From Fidelibacterota bacterium (GTDB lineage Bacteria > Fidelibacterota > Marinisomatia > Marinisomatales > JABMOV01): DNA of 64,000 bases. This document shows, one piece after another, positions 51,692 to 61,685 of the stretch; positions within the stretch are counted from its first letter, which is position 1; every line of letters begins with the position of its first letter. The stretch spans positions 32,001 through 96,000 of the forward strand of contig JBHHUC010000001.1 in the NCBI GenBank assembly GCA_046861395.1. Reading direction: 5' to 3'. Below the pieces are notes generated by a model. It saw nothing but the letters and a program-made list of their open reading frames with translations. It searched no databases and was not told where the DNA came from. The position numbers and the translations under genes are program-made.

Positions 51692-52783
51692 ATGAAAAAA
51701 TTACAGCATTTTCTTCTTCCTTTTTTGGTCATATTCCTGTCCTGCGACCCCCTCGTTACCGAGTTTGGAGACATAGAGGACGCCATCATGTATGAGGCCA
51801 AAACGATTGTAGACACGCCGGCAAAAGACACGATCGACGTAATGACCTGGAATATTCGTTTCGGGGCGGCCCGAATGCCCTGGTTCGGTGATGCCTGTGG
51901 GGACCGGGTGATTCTTAGCGACGATGAAGTGCTGACAAATCTGGAAAATATCGCCAATTATCTGACGGAAACCGACCCTGATATTGTATTTCTGCAGGAA
52001 GTGGACCGGGAGAGTAAACGTACTGCCTACCGGGACGAAGCCCAGTGGTTATTGGATCATACGCCCTTTAATTATGCGGCCTATGCCTCCATCTGGCAGT
52101 CGCAGTTTATTCCCAGTGACGGCCTGGGACGAATGGATCTGGGGAATGTCATTTTAAGTAAATGGCCGATTAAGGATGCGATTCGCCACCCCCTGCCCTT
52201 ACGTGGGGACCAGGATGCCCTGGTTCAACTGTTTTACCTGCGGCGGAATATCCTGGAGGCGAAAATTGAAATGGGCGCGACGACATTTTACGCAGTAAAT
52301 ATCCATGCCACGGCCTTTGCGACCGACGATACCAAACAAAAACATATCCGGCAATATAAAGAATTGCTGGATCGCATCGATGCCGAAGGCGCCGCTTTCA
52401 TATCCGGCGGGGATCTGAATTCCCTGCCCACGACGGCTGTGAAAACAGATTATTGTCTGGAAGACATGTGTGCCGGAGAATCGTTTCATCAACCCGGCGA
52501 CGATCCGGAACATAAAGAAGGCAGCCTGTTCAGCGGCCAGGACCTCAGCCCGCTCTATGACAGTGATTATGAACCGGCGGTTCCCCTGGCGGATTACACC
52601 GCTGACGAAGCCGCCTATTTCACACATACACCGGATTATGACAATCCAGATGGTTTTGACCGGAAACTGGATTATCTCTGGACAAATCGCCATTGGGTTC
52701 CCGGGTCCGACCGAACCCACCGGGCGGCCAAATCGTATAGCGACCATCTACCGGTCACAGCCCGCTGGGAGGTGGGACAATGA
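51692..52783 (+). CDS. Endonuclease/exonuclease/phosphatase (EEP) family lipoprotein
   Basis: FLSC lipobox, MTWNI, DIVFLQEVD, GGDLNS, LDYLW and SDHLPV; SD GAGGAG before ATG 51692. Confidence 0.88.
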   Translation: MKKLQHFLLPFLVIFLSCDPLVTEFGDIEDAIMYEAKTIVDTPAKDTIDVMTWNIRFGAARMPWFGDACGDRVILSDDEVLTNLENIANYLTETDPDIVFLQEVDRESKRTAYRDEAQWLLDHTPFNYAAYASIWQSQFIPSDGLGRMDLGNVILSKWPIKDAIRHPLPLRGDQDALVQLFYLRRNILEAKIEMGATTFYAVNIHATAFATDDTKQKHIRQYKELLDRIDAEGAAFISGGDLNSLPTTAVKTDYCLEDMCAGESFHQPGDDPEHKEGSLFSGQDLSPLYDSDYEPAVPLADYTADEAAYFTHTPDYDNPDGFDRKLDYLWTNRHWVPGSDRTHRAAKSYSDHLPVTARWEVGQ

Positions 52784-53595
52784 GAAAAATCATCTTCCTT
52801 TCCTGTCTCTTTGTTTTCCTGTCCGCCAAGGAAATTGCTCAGCCCTGGTCCACCGGATCAGCCTATGTCACCCCTCACCATCGTTGGGAAATCGGTTTAT
52901 TCCAGCCCCTGAAATATGGTCTGGCTCCCGGCCTGGAGGTGGCAACCCATCCGCTGGCAATGGCGGTCATCCCTAATTTGACCATAAAACGAACGCTGAA
53001 TCTGCCGGCCACGGGTGTCTGGGCCACCGTTCATTCCCTGACCTATCCTACGCCCTTGATGAATATGCTGGCGCGGGAAGGAACCGGGGGACTGGTTTCA
53101 CCGGAGTTTGAATTTCCGGCCGCCGTTATTTTCTATAATGAAATTCGTGTATCGCGAACGATAAAGAAAAATATTCTCATGACCAGCAAGGTCGGATTGG
53201 CGCTGGGAAAAACCTTCGGCGATCTGGACAACAGAACCACCATCGACTTCCCGCTGATATTTCAACGGCTTTCTCCTCTGTATGATGGAGCTTATCTTCG
53301 CATTGGCGCCGACCTGGAATTTAAAAAGCTGAATATCTTCGGCTGGCACCTCTCCGATCGCTGGCAACTTTTACTGGATGACGATTTATTTCTCATTGCC
53401 GGGAAAGAGCACCGCATCGGGCTGGAGCACAAGGGGTTGTTGATCTGGAATAAAACGGAAAAATTCCGCTTTACCGTAGGGTATAAAATCGTTTTCGGTC
53501 AATATCCCTTCGGCACCCAGTGGAATATCATGCCGCCCCATATCCAGCTTCTGCCGGTGTGGCTGCCCCTGTTTGATATTCAATGGGCCTGGTAG
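52780..53595 (+). CDS. Hypothetical exported protein, probable outer-membrane beta-barrel
   Basis: Signal peptide, amphipathic strands and aromatic C-terminus FDIQWAW; coupled to the EEP gene (ATGA overlap). Confidence 0.6.
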   Translation: MRKIIFLSCLFVFLSAKEIAQPWSTGSAYVTPHHRWEIGLFQPLKYGLAPGLEVATHPLAMAVIPNLTIKRTLNLPATGVWATVHSLTYPTPLMNMLAREGTGGLVSPEFEFPAAVIFYNEIRVSRTIKKNILMTSKVGLALGKTFGDLDNRTTIDFPLIFQRLSPLYDGAYLRIGADLEFKKLNIFGWHLSDRWQLLLDDDLFLIAGKEHRIGLEHKGLLIWNKTEKFRFTVGYKIVFGQYPFGTQWNIMPPHIQLLPVWLPLFDIQWAW

Positions 53596-53599
53596 GGTG

Positions 53600-54670
53600 C
53601 TACAGCACCAACGTAAACGTCAGACGGTTTACCATGTTCAGGATGCCCATGTCCGACACGGAATAGTCGACATGTAAATCATAGGGTATCAAGGGGAAGT
53701 TCTTACTGGATAGGCCGACACCCCAGGATAACCGTGGTACATACCCCTTTTCAGTTGTGAGTGCATCATAGATCGCTTCATCGGCCAGGGATTCGTCAAA
53801 GCGCAGGAATTGATATGTTTGGCCAATCCGGATGAAAATCAGATCCATGACCGCCACCTCCGTGGCAATGACGTAATAGGGATTGAAATCCCGCGGATCA
53901 ATGTATTCCACATTGAGGACGGCGGTGGCCGGTCCGGGATTCACAACGCCCTTTTCCCCCAATAATTGCATGGATAAACCGAACCGGAAAACCATGGGCA
54001 GAGGCCAGTCCTTGGTATCCAACCGGCCGTTGACCTGAGGATTGGCTCCCAGATCGGGGTCCACGTCCACATCAATGAGCTGGTCGGTTCCGAACAGGCG
54101 CATTTTAGAGCCGAAATTGGACAGGGACATACCGATTTTCAGACCATGAAACCCGGTGAGATACTGCGATCCGGCATCCATGGCAATGGCCGAAGCCGAA
54201 GAAAACGATATGGTTTCACGGATGTATTTTCCCTGGATTCCGAACACGAAATGATCACTGACCCTCCGGGCAAAACCCAGACTCAGGGCCAGGTCGGAGG
54301 ATGTAATTTTCCGTCCCGTGCCATCCGGATCGGCCAGCGTCGTTTCTTTAATTTCTCCCATGGTCAGGTAACTGATACTCAACCCCAGCTTGCCAAACCC
54401 GGCGGGAAACACGGCCGCGAAGAATTGATGCTGCACATCAAAAATCCAGTCCGTGGAATTGAATTGAATTTCCGGTTTATCAATCATACCCATGCCGGCC
54501 GGATTCCAGTACAGCGCGGAAGCATCTTCAACCTGAGCCGAATAGGCGCCGCCCAGAGCCGAACCCCGGGCGCCCACGTTTATTTTCAGGAAATTGGCAG
54601 CGGATGTGCCCACATTGTCAAATTGTCCCCAAAGGACACTGATGAGGATGATGTATAATATTTTCTTCAT
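53600..54670 (-). CDS. PorV/PorQ-like outer-membrane barrel (T9SS shuttle/anchor family)
   Basis: GTSAANFLKINVGARGSALGGAY...DASALYWNPAG N-terminus and PLPMVFRFG. Confidence 0.82.
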   Translation of the reverse strand: MKKILYIILISVLWGQFDNVGTSAANFLKINVGARGSALGGAYSAQVEDASALYWNPAGMGMIDKPEIQFNSTDWIFDVQHQFFAAVFPAGFGKLGLSISYLTMGEIKETTLADPDGTGRKITSSDLALSLGFARRVSDHFVFGIQGKYIRETISFSSASAIAMDAGSQYLTGFHGLKIGMSLSNFGSKMRLFGTDQLIDVDVDPDLGANPQVNGRLDTKDWPLPMVFRFGLSMQLLGEKGVVNPGPATAVLNVEYIDPRDFNPYYVIATEVAVMDLIFIRIGQTYQFLRFDESLADEAIYDALTTEKGYVPRLSWGVGLSSKNFPLIPYDLHVDYSVSDMGILNMVNRLTFTLVL

Positions 54671-57600
54671 CGTATCACCGCGAACTTTCCGATGACCTCC
54701 TGGCCATCTGCTGTAACATGGAAATAATAAACCCCAAAAGCGACCTCCTGATCGTTGTAGGTCCGGAGATTCCAGGCCTCAATGCTGGGTCCGCGATATC
54801 CGTCACTTCCCGGTTCATGTTTCAGGATCTGCACCGTTTCCCCGGCCAAATTGAAAATGCGAATCACACATACATCCGGTAAATGGGTGAACTGGATTTC
54901 CTTAACTTCAATATTGGTTTCATACGCCGATGTCACGGCGTAGGGATTGGGAACTACCAGGATTTCATCCAGATCTCCCTTTTCTACGGCGAGGTTCGGG
55001 GCCGTCGTGCGGATGACATACGCATCTTCATACGGCAGGAGCGGTTTGGTACTGTAAACCTTGAATTGGATAACATTTCCCGTTTCCCATTCATTGGCCG
55101 TCCGGTTGAAATAAATCATCCACCCCAGCTTGGGTGCGTCGGCGGAATAGTCGTGGGGCAGCACACCGAGATCGTAAGGCTCATTGGCCGGGATTACGTA
55201 GAGATTTTTACTGAAGACGAAGGTGGAATCGGTGTTGGGGCCGAACAGCGGCTTGCCGGGTGAAGTGGGATAAACGGCACAGTTGACCTGGCGATTTTCA
55301 TCCACATCCCACACTTCAAAAGGCAGGAGCACCGTGTCGGCGGAACTCAAGTTTGGCATAAAATACGTTCCGATGGACCCGGATTCGGTAAACCGGATTT
55401 CATAGGTTTTGTCCAGGCCGGAGTATTCGGCATTGCCTTCCGGAGGTGTAACCGGGATGGCTTTAATGAACCCGGCCCAGGTAGCATCGATACCGCTGGT
55501 ATGACCGACGGTGAAAGCCAGCGCTGTATTGGGATCGGAATCGGTGATATCCTGGAAGACCGAATCCACCCGCAACACCCATGAAGCATTTTCAAACAAG
55601 GGAATGAAACCGTCGATCAGGTAATTGTAGGCGGCGCTGATATCCGATTCATTTTTTACCAACGTATCTCCCGTGGTGGAATCCACCAGGGACCAGACGG
55701 GAGTATCCGCCACGCTGTCGTAGTCAATGGAAACAAAATAGGTGTTGTCACGATCAGTGGAAAAGTCCGATTCCACCATCTCCACGGCGCCAGAAAAGAG
55801 GAAAGATTCCATCTCGCTATCATCGCTGAAAGGATCGGCGGGTATGGTTTCGATGGTGGCGGAAGCGGCTCCAGAAACATGTTGGACGGAAGATACATTC
55901 CCGGCATCGAACCCAGCCGGATCGGCCTGGGGAATGACAGCCACGGTATTATCATCCGGAACAAAAGCATTGGCGGAACGGGCATTTTCCAGCGGCTGCA
56001 CCGGGGAACCGGCCCAGATATCCTCGCCATCAAAAGCACAAACCGAATACCAATATTCATAACCATTGATGACGGTCCGGTCGATATAGGAATATTTCAA
56101 GCCGGAATTATTTCCCAGGTTAAAATAGAAATCACCCATGGGATAGACACCGCTGACATCATCCGATTTATCATAGATAGCCTGGGGGAGGTAATAACCG
56201 GAGGGGTTGCCGTCGGCATTGGTAATGACCTTGCCCCAGGTGCGTCCGCGGTCAGTACTGCGATAAATCCGGTACCCCTGAAAAGCATTATTCAGTGTCA
56301 CGGGATCAATGGAATATTCCGAGGGGTCTTCCGACCAGAACAAGGCTACCTGTCCGTCCGAAGCAATGGCCTGGACCACGGGCGGATCGGGCGGTTTCGG
56401 GGTCCGGAATTGATTGTCATAATAGGATTGGAACAACTTGGCGTTGGCAATCACATCCGCTTCATTGATCCCCATGAAGTCGGCAAAAGTAAAGATGACC
56501 CGTTCGCCCGGCGCCACATCCATGGGACCGGCAGCAATGACCCAGGTAATGTCAGGACCGTAGCTGTAAGGTTTTTGGAAAAGATCGGAGGGGTGGGGAG
56601 TCGTATTGTGAGGGGGCTGGATTCCGGCGGTTAATTGTGTGTTATAGGCATCGGCATCGCTCTGGGCATCCTGACTGTATTCAAAAGAATAAACGGTCGA
56701 TACATCGTAGGATTCTTCCGTCCCGTCCGATGCAATCTTCGTGGCTTCCAGAAATTTTAAACCGATCCAGCCAATGCCGGAGGATTTGAAACCCTGGGAT
56801 TTATCATCCGGATCCCAGACGATGGCCAGGTTGTCCAGCAATTCTGCGTCTGTCGTATCGGACAGTTTTTCCGCCAGGTGAGGATCGTTGGCTTCAATGA
56901 ACATGGCCAGATCATCCGTCCACTCCGCGCCACCCTGTTCCGGCGTATCCGGATCACCTGCGATTCCCATGTATAAATCCTTCAGGGTGTCCGTCCCCAC
57001 GTTTGTCATGAGCTGGATAAAGATCAGGCCGTCATTAGCAAAAACGGAGGCGTCGTTGACAACCCAGATATCAAAACGAACGTTCAGAGGACCGATGCCA
57101 TTGCTTTCCAATGTATTTCCATCATCGGGATCATTATCTGTTGCTACGAAATAGCCGATGCGTTTATCGGGATCGTTGGCAGGAAAAGTTTCCTGCATGA
57201 AGGGTGGAACCGGAAAACGGATATCGCTGTGGAGGGGAGCTTCAATGCCCGGAAAGGTTTCACCGGTCTGAGGGTCAGTATAATTACCGCTGGGATCTTT
57301 TTCAATGGGCCATTGCGCCGGCCAGGATTCGGGGATATCGCTGAACGCTATACCGATATTTTTTTCCGTATCTGTCTGTCCGGCGTCATAACCAGGCAGC
57401 GGTTGAAATTCCTCTTCATGATCCCGGGTTGTTCCCCTTACACCGACGGCTACGGATGGTTGTCCATTTATTTTTGCCCCGACGATGGGTGATTGCGTCC
57501 AGTAATAGGTACAGCAACCATCCTGCAACATACTGCCGGCAGGAAATTCATGGTTCAAGCCCCAGCGGTCATAACCATAGACGGCACCGTTGGAAAGACG

Positions 57601-57780
57601 TAACACCATGTTTCCCCGGTTCAGAACACTCCGCTTCCGGTCGCTGAAGGAAAATGTTTTTTCCAGGAGCCCGCTTTCACTCAGGGATTTGCCGGTGAGA
57701 CTTTCATAGTATTCGGCCTTGGTCAAATCCTGGCTTGTTGCCAGAGACAGGAACATAAAAGACAGGATAAACTTCTTCAT
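54667..57780 (-). CDS. Large secreted protein with an FN3-like domain and a variant T9SS-like C-terminal domain
   Basis: Signal peptide; PPDPP...FQGYRIYRS...YIDRTVINGYEYWYSV; CTD ILVVPNPY...IQFTHLP..IRIFNLAG...WNLRTYNDQEVAFGVYYFHV...GKFAVIR. Confidence 0.78.
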   Translation of the reverse strand: MKKFILSFMFLSLATSQDLTKAEYYESLTGKSLSESGLLEKTFSFSDRKRSVLNRGNMVLRLSNGAVYGYDRWGLNHEFPAGSMLQDGCCTYYWTQSPIVGAKINGQPSVAVGVRGTTRDHEEEFQPLPGYDAGQTDTEKNIGIAFSDIPESWPAQWPIEKDPSGNYTDPQTGETFPGIEAPLHSDIRFPVPPFMQETFPANDPDKRIGYFVATDNDPDDGNTLESNGIGPLNVRFDIWVVNDASVFANDGLIFIQLMTNVGTDTLKDLYMGIAGDPDTPEQGGAEWTDDLAMFIEANDPHLAEKLSDTTDAELLDNLAIVWDPDDKSQGFKSSGIGWIGLKFLEATKIASDGTEESYDVSTVYSFEYSQDAQSDADAYNTQLTAGIQPPHNTTPHPSDLFQKPYSYGPDITWVIAAGPMDVAPGERVIFTFADFMGINEADVIANAKLFQSYYDNQFRTPKPPDPPVVQAIASDGQVALFWSEDPSEYSIDPVTLNNAFQGYRIYRSTDRGRTWGKVITNADGNPSGYYLPQAIYDKSDDVSGVYPMGDFYFNLGNNSGLKYSYIDRTVINGYEYWYSVCAFDGEDIWAGSPVQPLENARSANAFVPDDNTVAVIPQADPAGFDAGNVSSVQHVSGAASATIETIPADPFSDDSEMESFLFSGAVEMVESDFSTDRDNTYFVSIDYDSVADTPVWSLVDSTTGDTLVKNESDISAAYNYLIDGFIPLFENASWVLRVDSVFQDITDSDPNTALAFTVGHTSGIDATWAGFIKAIPVTPPEGNAEYSGLDKTYEIRFTESGSIGTYFMPNLSSADTVLLPFEVWDVDENRQVNCAVYPTSPGKPLFGPNTDSTFVFSKNLYVIPANEPYDLGVLPHDYSADAPKLGWMIYFNRTANEWETGNVIQFKVYSTKPLLPYEDAYVIRTTAPNLAVEKGDLDEILVVPNPYAVTSAYETNIEVKEIQFTHLPDVCVIRIFNLAGETVQILKHEPGSDGYRGPSIEAWNLRTYNDQEVAFGVYYFHVTADGQEVIGKFAVIR

Positions 57781-60700
57781 TATTTCACCCCCACACTGAT
57801 ACCCAGCTCAATATGGCGCGGTGCCCCGAAGTAATACGGCCTGGCTTCCCACATGGGGGAGGTGCCGGGATTAAGGCTTTCATCCGGCTTCCCGCTGTTA
57901 TCGAAAACATTCAACACATTTCGTTTGTTGAAGAGATTGGTAATGTCAGCATAAAACCGGACATTAACCCAGGGAGCGGGCAAATCATAATACGCTTTCA
58001 GATCGAAAGAAGATGTGGCGGGCATGCGTCCGGAATTACTTTCATCCAAGGGTCGACCGCGATTGTCGGATGGCGTATAGGGCAGGCCGCTACCCCAGTT
58101 CCCGATGAGATTGGCTCCGAAGCCGGAAGGATGAGTATAATTCATGGTTACATTGATGGTGTGGGGTTGATCCCAGGGCATGGTAATGGTTTTTCGGGCC
58201 GGGACCGTTCCGTAGACTGAAGCGGAATAGGCATCATCCCAATGCTGGAATTCGTTAGAGGCGTTTCCTTCCGCCCGGGAGAAGGTATAGTTTATACCCC
58301 AGGACAGGCCGTTGGTCGGCAATTGTTGCAGTGAAATTTCAATCCCTTTGGAATTTCCGTAATCCATATTTTCAAATACGGAAAATTCGGTGGGGTCAGC
58401 GTCGTAAATCACTGCCGCGATGTAATCATAGACATCTTTGTAGAATACGGCCGTACCCAGGACAAAGCGATCGCTGAGCTGGGTACGCAATCCCATTTCA
58501 TACTGGACCGTCGTTTCCGGTTTCAGATTGGGGCTGCCCACCGGTGGGATATACCAATCACCCAGATTGTAGGGGAATGGATAGAGGGCATTGCCAAAGG
58601 TTCCGACTCCCACCTGATTGGATATACCGGCCAATTCATTCGGTAATCCCGTATATCCGTTGGAATTGGACAGGCGGTACATGTTCTGGTATTCAGGATA
58701 CTGGAAAAAATGTCCGTAGGAGAAATGAAACGCCATCCGGTCACTGATGGGATAACCAAAGGCAATGCGGGGACTCCATTGTTTCTTGATATCGGTTTGT
58801 GGCGCCGGTGTGAAGACCGTATCCGTTCCGTTGATTTCAAGGTATCCCCACTCAGCCCCTGGTGTATTGGGCGGAACAAACTGGCCGTCCAGGAAATAGG
58901 CCAGTTTTTTAGTGGGATCGGCATAACGGCTATTGGGATCCATATAATCCCACCGGATGCCTAGGTTTACCACCAGGTCGGTGAATTCGATCTTATCCTG
59001 GATATAGAAAGCCCGTTGTTCAGGGCGTTTTTCCCAGATGACGAAGGCCGGTTCCGATGCAATCCCATACGGCCCGCCACCCAGACCGGAAGCAAGGAAG
59101 TTGTTCAAAACATATTTCTTTACCTCAAAACCGGTTTTTAACTGATTGGCATCGCTAAACTGCCAGGTCAAGGACGCCTGATAAGTTTCTGTGACGGACC
59201 GGTAATGTTCATAACTGTAATAGTCTGATGTGGCCGTTCGCACCGTATCGCCCTGGGCGTTAATAATCGGGTATTCGCCGTAGAATTCATAATTGGATGT
59301 ATTATCATATGCGTCACCCTCCCGCAACGGTACGGTGACCCCGTAGCTGTAATTTCCGTCGCCATCCAGATCAGAATAGGGTTCCGTGTCGGGAATTCCG
59401 TCATTATTGGAGTCGGCAAAGATGTCCCAGACACCATTATTGTTCCAGTCGTGCCACCGTTCCCCTTCTCCGGGATTCCAGACACTGTCCTGATTGGCGT
59501 CGGTCCAGTTCAGGATTCCGTCTCCGTTGACATCCTGCCACCACTCAGCCGCGTAGGGGCTCCATTGTCCGTCTTCGTTCAGGTCATTATATGGTTCGGC
59601 GTAATGACTGAACCAGACCCATGATTCTCCCGGTTCCAGTATGGAATGGTCCCAGTCGTCGGGAATGGTATGAGCCTTAGCAAATAATTCATGGTTCTTA
59701 TTGAGGTGCCGTGGATTACCGGTCCAGTTCTCATTTCTGAAATTGGAGTAACGCAACGTCCCGAACATATTCTTGGAAAAGGTAATATTGGCCGTGGCAT
59801 AATAAAGGTCGCTTTCCAGCCAGTCCTGCGAACTGTGATCGGGGATTTGTCGATAGCTGAGGCTGTAGTCCCGGTTTTCCCGATGAAGAAGATTGGTACC
59901 GAAGGATACTTTCACATTTCTCAGGGGTCGTATAACCAGTTTTCCGGTCAGCCGTCTATCATCGCGAAAAGTATCAAAAGTATTCAGGGCACCTTTTTTC
60001 ATTTCTTCCAGGTTGCCGTCAAAATCCAGATCGGCCATGGCATAGGTGTCACCCTCATCAAACACCCCGTCACCATCCAGGTCAACGGTAAGAACATCCT
60101 TGGGCAAATAGGTTTTGGATAAATAGGTATTGGAACTATACAGGTCACCGGTAACGAAGAACGTTGCCAGATTGCGGGCAAAAGGCAGCACCGGCCCACT
60201 GAAGGTGCCTTCCAGGCGGGATGTACCCCAATCGTTTTTCTGTATTCCGAATTGATCGGTAGAGGTGCGCAAATTCCATTCGTATCCAGTGTTTCCTTCT
60301 TTGGTAATGATATTCACGACACCGCTCATGGCTTCCCCGTATTCAGCATTGAAAGAACCGGTAATCACCGATAATTCGGAAATACCATTGCGGGCTACGT
60401 CCGTCCCCATACCACCGAAAATTGCGTCTTCTACGAAAAAGCCGTCCACCATATAAGCAATTTCTCCCGACCGTCCCCCGCGAATATGGATGCCATTGTC
60501 ACCACCGCCGTTATCGTTATCAATGACACCAGCCATATTGTCCATGATATCGAGATAGGAATTTACCGGCATATTCACAATTTCCTCTTCCGTGACGGTA
60601 ATTGTCGTAGCCGTCTGGTCCCGCTCAATCACAGGACGGGCGGCTTCCACGACCACTTCATCTCCTTCGACCACGGAGACCTCCAGTGCCACATCGAGGC

Positions 60701-60983
60701 GTGTCGTACGGTCGGCATAGATTCTCACATCGGCGATGGTAGTTGTTTTATAACCGATATAGGAAATTTTGACGGAATAGGTAGCCGGGGGAATATTCAA
60801 CAGGAAGAAATTTCCCCTGGCATCCGACATGGTTCCCATGACGGTGTTTTCCAGTAGAACATTGCCACCCGCCAACGGTTTTCCGGTTGTTTTATTGGTG
60901 AGCGTTCCCACTAGCTTCCCGGTTTCGCCGGCAAAGATGCAGGCGGGTACGAGAAGCCATAAAAGGGGTCTGAGCGACTTCAT
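57780..60983 (-). CDS. TonB-dependent receptor with Ca-binding-like loop insertions
   Basis: GETGKLVG carboxypeptidase-regulatory-like N-domain; plug IHIRGGRSGEIAYMVDG and GSFNAEYGEAMSGVVNIITKEG; SPRIAFGYP, LKPETTVQYEMG and NLFNKRN...PRHIELG. Confidence 0.92.
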   Translation of the reverse strand: MKSLRPLLWLLVPACIFAGETGKLVGTLTNKTTGKPLAGGNVLLENTVMGTMSDARGNFFLLNIPPATYSVKISYIGYKTTTIADVRIYADRTTRLDVALEVSVVEGDEVVVEAARPVIERDQTATTITVTEEEIVNMPVNSYLDIMDNMAGVIDNDNGGGDNGIHIRGGRSGEIAYMVDGFFVEDAIFGGMGTDVARNGISELSVITGSFNAEYGEAMSGVVNIITKEGNTGYEWNLRTSTDQFGIQKNDWGTSRLEGTFSGPVLPFARNLATFFVTGDLYSSNTYLSKTYLPKDVLTVDLDGDGVFDEGDTYAMADLDFDGNLEEMKKGALNTFDTFRDDRRLTGKLVIRPLRNVKVSFGTNLLHRENRDYSLSYRQIPDHSSQDWLESDLYYATANITFSKNMFGTLRYSNFRNENWTGNPRHLNKNHELFAKAHTIPDDWDHSILEPGESWVWFSHYAEPYNDLNEDGQWSPYAAEWWQDVNGDGILNWTDANQDSVWNPGEGERWHDWNNNGVWDIFADSNNDGIPDTEPYSDLDGDGNYSYGVTVPLREGDAYDNTSNYEFYGEYPIINAQGDTVRTATSDYYSYEHYRSVTETYQASLTWQFSDANQLKTGFEVKKYVLNNFLASGLGGGPYGIASEPAFVIWEKRPEQRAFYIQDKIEFTDLVVNLGIRWDYMDPNSRYADPTKKLAYFLDGQFVPPNTPGAEWGYLEINGTDTVFTPAPQTDIKKQWSPRIAFGYPISDRMAFHFSYGHFFQYPEYQNMYRLSNSNGYTGLPNELAGISNQVGVGTFGNALYPFPYNLGDWYIPPVGSPNLKPETTVQYEMGLRTQLSDRFVLGTAVFYKDVYDYIAAVIYDADPTEFSVFENMDYGNSKGIEISLQQLPTNGLSWGINYTFSRAEGNASNEFQHWDDAYSASVYGTVPARKTITMPWDQPHTINVTMNYTHPSGFGANLIGNWGSGLPYTPSDNRGRPLDESNSGRMPATSSFDLKAYYDLPAPWVNVRFYADITNLFNKRNVLNVFDNSGKPDESLNPGTSPMWEARPYYFGAPRHIELGISVGVK

Positions 60984-61042
60984 GATGCTTCCTCCAATGA
61001 CAAAAGAAGCTATGATCAGTAGAAATAAAATTCAAGAGCGAG

Positions 61043-61071
61043 TTGATTGAAAGGTTAAGGCGATGTAACTT
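61043..61071 (+). promoter_or_regulatory. Putative sigma70 promoter of the tetR operon
   Basis: TTGATT-N17-TAACTT, immediately followed by the palindrome. Confidence 0.5.
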
Positions 61072-61093
61072 CTGACCGACCGGTCGGTCAGAA
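61070..61093. promoter_or_regulatory. TetR-family operator (perfect 24-bp palindrome)
   Basis: TTCTGACCGACCGGTCGGTCAGAA, 10 bp upstream of the tetR ATG and between divergent operons. Confidence 0.8.
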
Positions 61094-61103
61094 CAGAATA
61101 ACT

Positions 61104-61685
61104 ATGGCTAAAACACAAAAAATCATTGAAGCCGCCATCACCGTTTTTTCCCGGGACGGACTTGAAAAAGGCAAGATTGCCGACATTGCCGTTGAGGCCG
61201 GAATCGGAAAAGGTACAATATATGAGTACTTTTCCAGTAAAGAGGATATCTTTGCCGCTATCGAAACCCATATGGTTGATCATCTTGTGACATCGGTTTT
61301 CACGGCGGCACAACAGGCCGGATCGGCTGAAGAAAAACTGAAAACCATCTTCGATTTAAGCGTCAAAGGAATGTTACATCTTGGCGATGCCCTGTTAATT
61401 GTTACTGAAATCCTGACGCGCAATGCCCGCGGACACATATTCTCTGATCGTCAGTCACCCATGAGTGAAATGTATACCCGCTATCGTCAGGCGGTAGAAA
61501 CCATATTGCAGGAAGGAATGGAATCCGGGGAATTTCGGACCTTGAATCCGGCCGGGTCCGCCGCTTTGTTTATGGCCTTTATCGATGGAATTGTCTGGCA
61601 ATATGTTTTCATGCCCGACAAAGACCTGTTTAATCGCATGCTCCGGGAAAGCCTAGAATCCTACTTGAGAGGAATAAGAAAATGA
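61104..61685 (+). CDS. TetR/AcrR family transcriptional regulator
   Basis: IIEAAITVFSRDG...IADIAVEAGIGKGTIYEYFSSKEDIF. Confidence 0.93.
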   Translation: MAKTQKIIEAAITVFSRDGLEKGKIADIAVEAGIGKGTIYEYFSSKEDIFAAIETHMVDHLVTSVFTAAQQAGSAEEKLKTIFDLSVKGMLHLGDALLIVTEILTRNARGHIFSDRQSPMSEMYTRYRQAVETILQEGMESGEFRTLNPAGSAALFMAFIDGIVWQYVFMPDKDLFNRMLRESLESYLRGIRK

